64,000 nucleotides of DNA from Ranitomeya imitator. Its lineage: Eukaryota. Position numbers and translations under genes: made by a program. The stretch covers positions 326,554,001-326,618,000 of the forward strand of contig NC_091282.1 of NCBI RefSeq assembly GCF_032444005.1. Reading direction: 5' to 3'. Every line of letters starts with the position of its first letter. Position 1 is the first letter of the stretch. This document shows positions 57,270-64,000 of the stretch, one piece after another. The notes under the pieces were generated by a model. That model did not search any database. It saw only the letters and a program-made list of their open reading frames with translations, and was not told the DNA's origin.

Positions 57270-59987
57270 CTTCCGTCTGTCTGTCTGTCCTTCTGTCACG
57301 GTTATTCGTTCGCTGATTGGTCTCGGCAGCTGCCTGTCATGGCTGCCGCGACCAATCAGCGACGGCCACAGTCCGATTAGTCCCTCCCCTACTCCCCTGC
57401 ACTCACTGCCCGGCGCGCGCTCCGTAATCCCCTCCACTCAACGCTCACACAGGTTTAATGGCAGCGGTAACGACCCTCCGTTACCGCTGCTATTAACACT
57501 GTGTGTCCCCAACTATTTACTATTGATGCTGCCTAGGCAGCATCAATAGTAAAAATATGTCATGTTAAAAATAAAAATAAAAAAAAAAAACCTGCTATAC
57601 TCACCCTCCGCCGCCTTTCTGGCTCCTCGCCACGCTCCCGAGACCGCTCCATTGCAAGCGGCAGCTTCTGGTCCCGTCCCAGGGCTGGTGTGCGACAAGG
57701 ACCTGCCGTGACGTCACGGTCATGTGACCGCGACGTCATCATAGGTCCTGCTCACACCAGCCCTGGGACCGGAAGCTGCCGCTTGCAATGGAGCGATCCA
57801 GGGAGCGTGGCGAGGAGCGGCAAAGGCGGCGGATGGCAAGTATAGCAGGACTTCAACGGGCTATAGGTGAGTATATGTTTCTTTTTTTTTTTTAAAGTCT
57901 CTATACTACGTGGCTCTGTGCTGGGCAATATACTACGTGGCTCTGTGCTGGGCAATATACTGCGTGGCTCTGCTATATACTACGTGGCTGGGCAATATAC
58001 TACGTGGCTGGGCAATATACTACGTGGCTGGGCAATATACCGTACTGCGTGGCTCTGCTATATGCTATGTGGCTTGGCAATATACTACGCGGCTGGGCAA
58101 TATACTACGTGACTGGGCAATATACTACGTGGCCGGGCAATAGACTACGTGGCCGGGCAATAGACTACGTGGCCGGGCAATAGACTACGTGGCCGGGCAA
58201 TAGACTACGTGGCCGGGCAATAGACTACGTGGCCGGGCAATAGACTACGTGGCCGGGCAATAGACTACGTGGCCGGGCAATTTACTACGTGGGCTGTGCA
58301 ATATACTATGTCACTGGGCAATATACTCCGTGACTGGGCAATATACTACGTGGGCTGTGCAATATACTACGTCGCACACAGTGCAGATCAAAACTTTGGA
58401 CACACCTTCTCATTCAAAGATTTTTCTGTATTTTCATGACTACGAAAATTGCACATTGACACTGAGGGCATCAAAACTATGAATTAATACATGTGGAATT
58501 ACATACTTAATAAAAAAGTGTGAAACAGTCTTATATTCTAGGTTCTTCCAAGTAGCCACCTTTTGCTTTGATTACTGCTTTGCACACTCTTGGCATTCTC
58601 TTGATGAGCTTCAAGAGGTAGTTACCGGAAATGGTTTTCACTTCACAGGTGTGCCCTGTCAGGTTTAATAAGTGGGACTTCTTGCCTTATAAATGGGGTT
58701 GGGACCATCAGTTGTGTTGTACAGAAGTCTGGTGGATACACAGCTGATAGTCCTACTGAATAGACTGTTAGAATTTGTATTATGGCAAGAAAAAAGCAGC
58801 CTAGGCAGCATCAATAGTAAAAATATGTCATGTTAAAAATAATAATAATAAAAAAAAAAAAACCTTCTATACTCACCCTCCGCCGCCTTTCTCGCTCCTC
58901 GCCACGCTCCCGGGACCGCTCCATTGCAAGCGGCATCTTCCGGTCCCGTCCCAGGGCTGGTGTGCGACAAGGACTGCCGTGACGTCACGGTCATGTGATC
59001 GCGACGTCATCATAGGTCCTGCTCACACCAGCCCTGGGACCGCAAGCTGCCGCTTGCAATGGAGCGATCCCGGGAGCGTGGCGAGGAGCGGCAAAGGCGG
59101 CGGATGGTAAGTATAGCAGGACTTCAACGGGCTATAGGTGAGTATATGTTTCTTTTTTTTTTTTAAAGTCTCTATACTACGTGGCTCTGTGCTGGGCAAT
59201 ATACTACGTGGCTCTGCTATATACTACGTGGCTGGGCAATATACTACGTTACTGGGCTATATACTCCGTCGCTGGGCAATATACTACGTGGCTGGGCAAT
59301 ATACCGTACTACGTGGCTCTGCTATATACTATGTGGCTGGGCAATATACTACGAGACTGGGCAATATACTACGTGACTGGGCAATATACTACGTGACTGG
59401 GCAATATACTACGTGACTGGGCAATATACTACGTGACTGGGCAATATACTACGTGGCTGGGCAATATACTACGTGGCTGGGCAATAGACTACGTGGCCGG
59501 GCAATAGACTACGTGGCCGGGCAATATACTAGGTGACTGGGCAATATACTACATGGCTGGGCAATATACTACGTGACTGGGCAATATACTACGTGGCTGG
59601 GCAATATACTACGTGGCTGGGCAATATACTACATCACTGGGAAATATACTACGTCGCTGGGCAATATACTACGTGACTGGGCAATATACTACGTCACTAG
59701 GCAATATACTACGTGGCTGGGCAATATACTACGTGGCTGGGCAATATACTACGTGGCTGGGCAATATACTACGTGGCTGGGCAATATATGTGACTGGGCA
59801 ATATACTACGTGGCTGGGCAATATACTACGACACTGGGAAATATACTACGTGGCTGGGCAATATACTACGTGACTGGGCAATGTACTACGTGGGCTGTGC
59901 AATATACTACGTGGCTGGGCAATATACTGCGTGGCTGGGCAATATACTACGTGTACATGCATATTCTAGAGTACCCGATGCGTTAGA
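57270..59987 (+). mobile_element. Duplicated Helentron-like element with 20-bp tandem arrays
   Basis: 57533-58380 is repeated at 58801 onward; gtggctgggcaatatactac arrays. Confidence 0.65.
58379..58800 (+). mobile_element. 5' fragment of the same Tc1 family as 28288-29902
   Basis: TIR cagtgcagatcaaaactttggacacacc; ends at ATGGCAAGAAAAAAGCAGC, the start of the transposase. Confidence 0.88.
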
Positions 59988-60119
59988 NNNNNNNNNNNNN
60001 NNNNNNNNNNNNNNNNNNNNNNNNNNNNNNNNNNNNNNNNNNNNNNNNNNNNNNNNNNNNNNNNNNNNNNNNNNNNNNNNNNNNNNNNNNNNNNNNNNNN
60101 NNNNNNNNNNNNNNNNNNN
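59988..60119. other. Assembly gap (N run)
   Basis: 132 N. Confidence 1.
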
Positions 60120-63100
60120 CTCCCTCGCCTCTTTGTTGGACACAGACCGTGGGTGTATGCTGCTGCCACTAGGAGGCTGCCACTATGTGATACAAAGAAA
60201 GTTAGCTCCTCCCCTGCAGTATACACCCTCCTGCTGGCTCTCAGCTAACCAGTTCTTGCTTAGTGTCCGTAGGAGGCACATGGACGGGTCTGCTATTCAG
60301 ACCCAAAACGCTTTTATTATTTTACTTTTTAACTTTTACCGTTTTGATTTTTTATTTTTTCCACGGGCGAATGGGGCGACGGATCCTTTCAAGGCTCCGA
60401 TCTCCCTGAACTAACAACAAGCGAGCACGGAGAGTGTCGCCTCTCCGTATCCTCTCCTGTGACGTGGGATGCCACGCCTGAGCTGATTCTTAGTGGCGAT
60501 GGGTCCCTTCAAGGGCACCGATCTCCCCCCCCCCACCCTGAACGGACGAACACATGGAGTGTCGCCTCCATGTATCCTCTTCTCCATCCAGGCCTAATGC
60601 CGGACATCTGGCCCTGTCCACCCAGGGGCTGAACTCCGTGGATGCACAGAGGCACCCTCTTTTTGGCGTCCGAGCGGCCCCCACTGTCCCACCACTGTTA
60701 AAGCGGATGGCACAAGGAGGCGGACAGTTCCTCTCCACCTCCCTAACAAATGGATGGTGGATTGAGGTTTACCCCTTTATCCCTGCACCGTCCATGCTGC
60801 TATACCTGGCCTGCAGCAGAACAGTAGAGTGCACGCCTTCCTCGGCGCTGAAACACCAGTCATCCGCGGTGGCTCCATGCCGGGACGCACATCGATGGTG
60901 AGTGGATCCAGTCGGCGATGGGCCTCTGCAGTGGGAATTCACATGCTCACAGGCAGCCTCAGCCATGGCTTCCCTGTGGCCCACCTCCCTGAGGGAACGC
61001 TCCGGCCAGCAGCAAAAATTTAGCCCCGGATTCGGCCATTGTGTAGGAAGTCGTGCCCGCATTATGGCACGCTAATGTGGCTCCGCCTACCCTTTCTGGC
61101 GCTTCTCGCCTGGCATGGGAGCACTCGCTTTTCTCGGCCCTGGTATTTCTCCTGCTGGCTGCAGAAATTTAGGCCCCGGTTTGGGCCTATTCATGGAAGT
61201 CCGAGATCCGCCCACATCGCGTCTGTGTCTCCGCCGCCTGAAATTGCGCCTATCGCTCTCTGCGAGTTTTTACCACCTCTGCAACTCCCGGTGGCCAACT
61301 TGGTCCACCCAGCCAACACACACTGGGGCGATGATTTTGCATTGAAGGGGCACAACAACTCTGCAACTGGGTAAGGAAGTATCTCTCTCTGCATCTTCCC
61401 CCTGTACTTAAAGGCACATGACCAGCATTCCCTGGTCTTAAGGGCACATGACCAGCATTCCCTGGTCTTAAGGGCACATGACCAGTATTCCCTGGTCTTA
61501 AAGGTGCATGACCAGCAATCCCTGGTCTTCATGGTACATGACCAGTATTCCCTGTCTTAAAGGCACATGACCAGTACTCCCTGGTCTTAAAGGTGCATGA
61601 CCAGCATTCCCTGGTCTTAAAGGCATATGACCAGCATTCCCTGGTCTTAAAGGTGCACGACCAGTATTCCCTGGTCTTAAAGGCACATGACCAGAATTCC
61701 CTGGTTTTAAAGGCACATGACCAGTATTACCTGATCTTAAAGGCACATATCCAGTATTCCCTTGTCTTAAAGGCACATGACCAGTCCGAAGCCGGTCACC
61801 CTAAAAAGGCGTCTAGAAATGTACAGGAGTCTAGAAAACAGAAGCTTAATTTCCCTCACCAATGATTTGCTGAAACACAGAATATGGATCGGATATTGCC
61901 TTGGATTTGGACTCGCCAGAGCTTCACAGAAGGATGGATTCGCCTATTTATATCATTAAATGGGGCGACGGATCCTTTCAAGGTTCCGATCTCCCTGAAC
62001 CATCAACAGGCGAGCACGGAGAGTGTCGCCTCTCCGTATCCTCTCCTGCGACGTGGAATGCCATGCCTGAGCTGATTCTTAGGGGCGACGGGTCCCTTCA
62101 AGGGAACCGATCTCCCCCACCCTGAACGGACGAGCACATGGAGTGTCGCCTCCATGTATCCTCTTCCCCAGCCAGGCCTAATCCCGGACAACTGGCCCTG
62201 TCCACCTGGGGGCTTGAACTCCGTGGATGCACAGAGGCACCCTCTTTTTGGCGTCCGAGCAGTCCCCACTGTCCCACCACTGTTAAAGCAGATGGCCTAA
62301 GGAGGCAGACGGTTCCTCTCCACCTCTCTAACAAAGGGATGGTGGATTGAGATTTACCCCTTTATCCCTGCACCGCCCACGCTGCAATACCTGAAACGCC
62401 GGAACCAAACTTGTCTACCTGGTGACCTGAACTCTGTGGATGTACAGAGGCACCCTTTTTGGCATCCGAGCACACCCTCTGCATCACCACTATTTAGCAG
62501 ATGATGCAAGAAGGCGGACGATCCCTCTCCACTTCCCTGCTAAGAGGATGGTGGATCGAGGATTCATCATTTTAACTCTGCACCGTCAAGAGAGCGGCGA
62601 TAGCATAAGACGGCTTTTCCAGACCTGCTGGATACAGCCGCGCATTCTGCCACTTGACAGATTAACCAGGTAGAATCTCCTGTAGTATACCTACCAGTAT
62701 CCCTGCCCGATGGGTCATCAACTAAAATTACAACGGACTGTCAGATAACAAAGATGGTTCGCTCCATCTTGCGGCCTTGGGTTCAGCGCTCTACCCTTCC
62801 TTAGCCGCCGCATGGGTTACTAGAGCAATGGTTTACTGGTTGGAGACCTTAACTATTTTGATTCACAACAATATCCTTTTCCCGAAGACAATACAGCTGG
62901 TCAATCAATCAGATTTCTCGAGCGGGAGTCTAGCTGGTTCACACCTCTCGGATGCGGCTAGTTCCATGGTGCTGTCAGCAGCAAATGTCATTACACTCAA
63001 TTATAGCTCAGAGAATGGAAGTGTACTCTGCATTCAAAAAGCATCTCACATCACTCCCTTACCAGAGTGATTGGTTATTTCGGTGAGAAGTTGGGAGCGT

Positions 63101-64000
63101 TCCCCACGCAGGATCAAAAGATCGCTTGTTTCCTTTAGACCCAATCAGCAGTGGAAGAGCTGTCTAGGACGGTCTAGTTCTGAGGGATCTTGGTTCCAAA
63201 AAAGGGGACCGACAAGTAAGACCGATTCTGGACCTCTAACTTCTACCAAGCTTGACAAAGTCCTCCGTCTTCGGATGGAGTTCCTCCGCTCAGCCATTAC
63301 TTCAAAGGAAAAAGGTGGAGTTTTCTGGCATCCACCGACATTCGGAATCCTTACCTTCACATTCCTATTTTTCCCCTCTTGAAAAATTCCTTCGCTTTTC
63401 CATTCGCGAACAGCATTTTCAAGTCACGACCTTGTACTCCAGCCTTACTACCTCAGCCAGAGTGTTTGCAAGGGTCATGGCGGCTGTCATGTTCCTCTTG
63501 CACCCTGGAGGCGTGGTCGTCCTGCCTTATCTGGTCGACTTTCTAGCCGCTCTACCAGGACTGCGCTGAGTCGTCAGTATCACTTGCCTTACCTCTCTCA
63601 CCTGGACTGGCAGCAATACTTAGACAAGTTTTTTCCCATTTCCGACCCAGCACATACCCTTCCAGAGGGTTGGTACTTCTCCCTTGAAACAAGGCCGTGG
63701 CTCTTCAACTCGGACCTCGCTCACTTGATCACTCATCCCCTCATTCCATTTGATTCACTAGGAGGGTCATGAGGAAAAATGGCGACGGCAATGGAAGCAG
63801 TTTCCTTCGCTCCGTTCGTTTTCTGTAGGTCAAACAGGTTTTCAGAGGGTAGTCTCTGAACTACTTCCTCATCCAGGGGAGATCCTTCCTTCCGGTCCAA
63901 TGGTTATTAGTGACTACCGATGCTAGCCTTCCTCTCCCGATCATTGTTCCAGGGATCCGAACGATACGGCTAGTCCTACAGCAGGTCCACCGTCTTCTGG
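60120..64000 (+). mobile_element. Decayed DIRS1-like (tyrosine-recombinase) retrotransposon, running off the window
   Basis: Frameshifted RT remnants at about 63250-63560 (RMEFLRSAI, YLHIPIFP, KFLRFSIREQHFQ, ARVFARVMA, VVVLPYLVD) and RNase H VTTDASL near 63910, in the DIRS1 style; 5' boundary hidden by the gap; tyrosine recombinase not seen. Confidence 0.75.
61407..61784. repeat. 30-bp tandem repeat, about 12 units, inside the DIRS element
   Basis: Unit cttaaaggcacatgaccagcattccctggt. Confidence 0.92.

Overview
This is vertebrate genomic DNA, most likely from a frog (inferred from the repeat families and gene orthologies), with three N-gaps. It holds three host genes, read by exon-by-exon translation. 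(1) The 3' end of a CLUH-family (clustered mitochondria) gene on +, with exons at 2368-2502, 5101-5174 and 5296-6127, ending in an acidic 14-aa tandem-repeat tail. (2) The complete SRRD CDS on -, in 7 coding exons (31660 to 21715, 303 aa). (3) The first four coding exons of HPS4 on + (40352-56642), head-to-head with SRRD across a putative bidirectional promoter near 37.2-37.5 kb. The most unusual object is a class I (gamma/epsilon-like) endogenous retrovirus at 8631-16307. It lacks its 5' LTR but has an open CA-NC-PR-RT-RH-IN frame with no gag/pol stop and an intact gamma-type env. Its Gag carries a RanBP2-type (EWS/FUS-like) C4 zinc finger next to PPPY and LYPxL late domains, and two small transmembrane ORFs lie before gag and at the end of env. 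The window also holds a young, intact Gmr1-type Gypsy element (PR-IN-RT-RH order) in an HPS4 intron, three unrelated solo LTRs, Tc1 elements (one with a 29-bp micro-inversion flipping its start codon), a decayed DIRS element, Helentron/DINE-like arrays, T2, hAT and Harbinger MITEs, an L2 fragment and several minisatellites. No database search was run; family assignments rest on recalled motifs.
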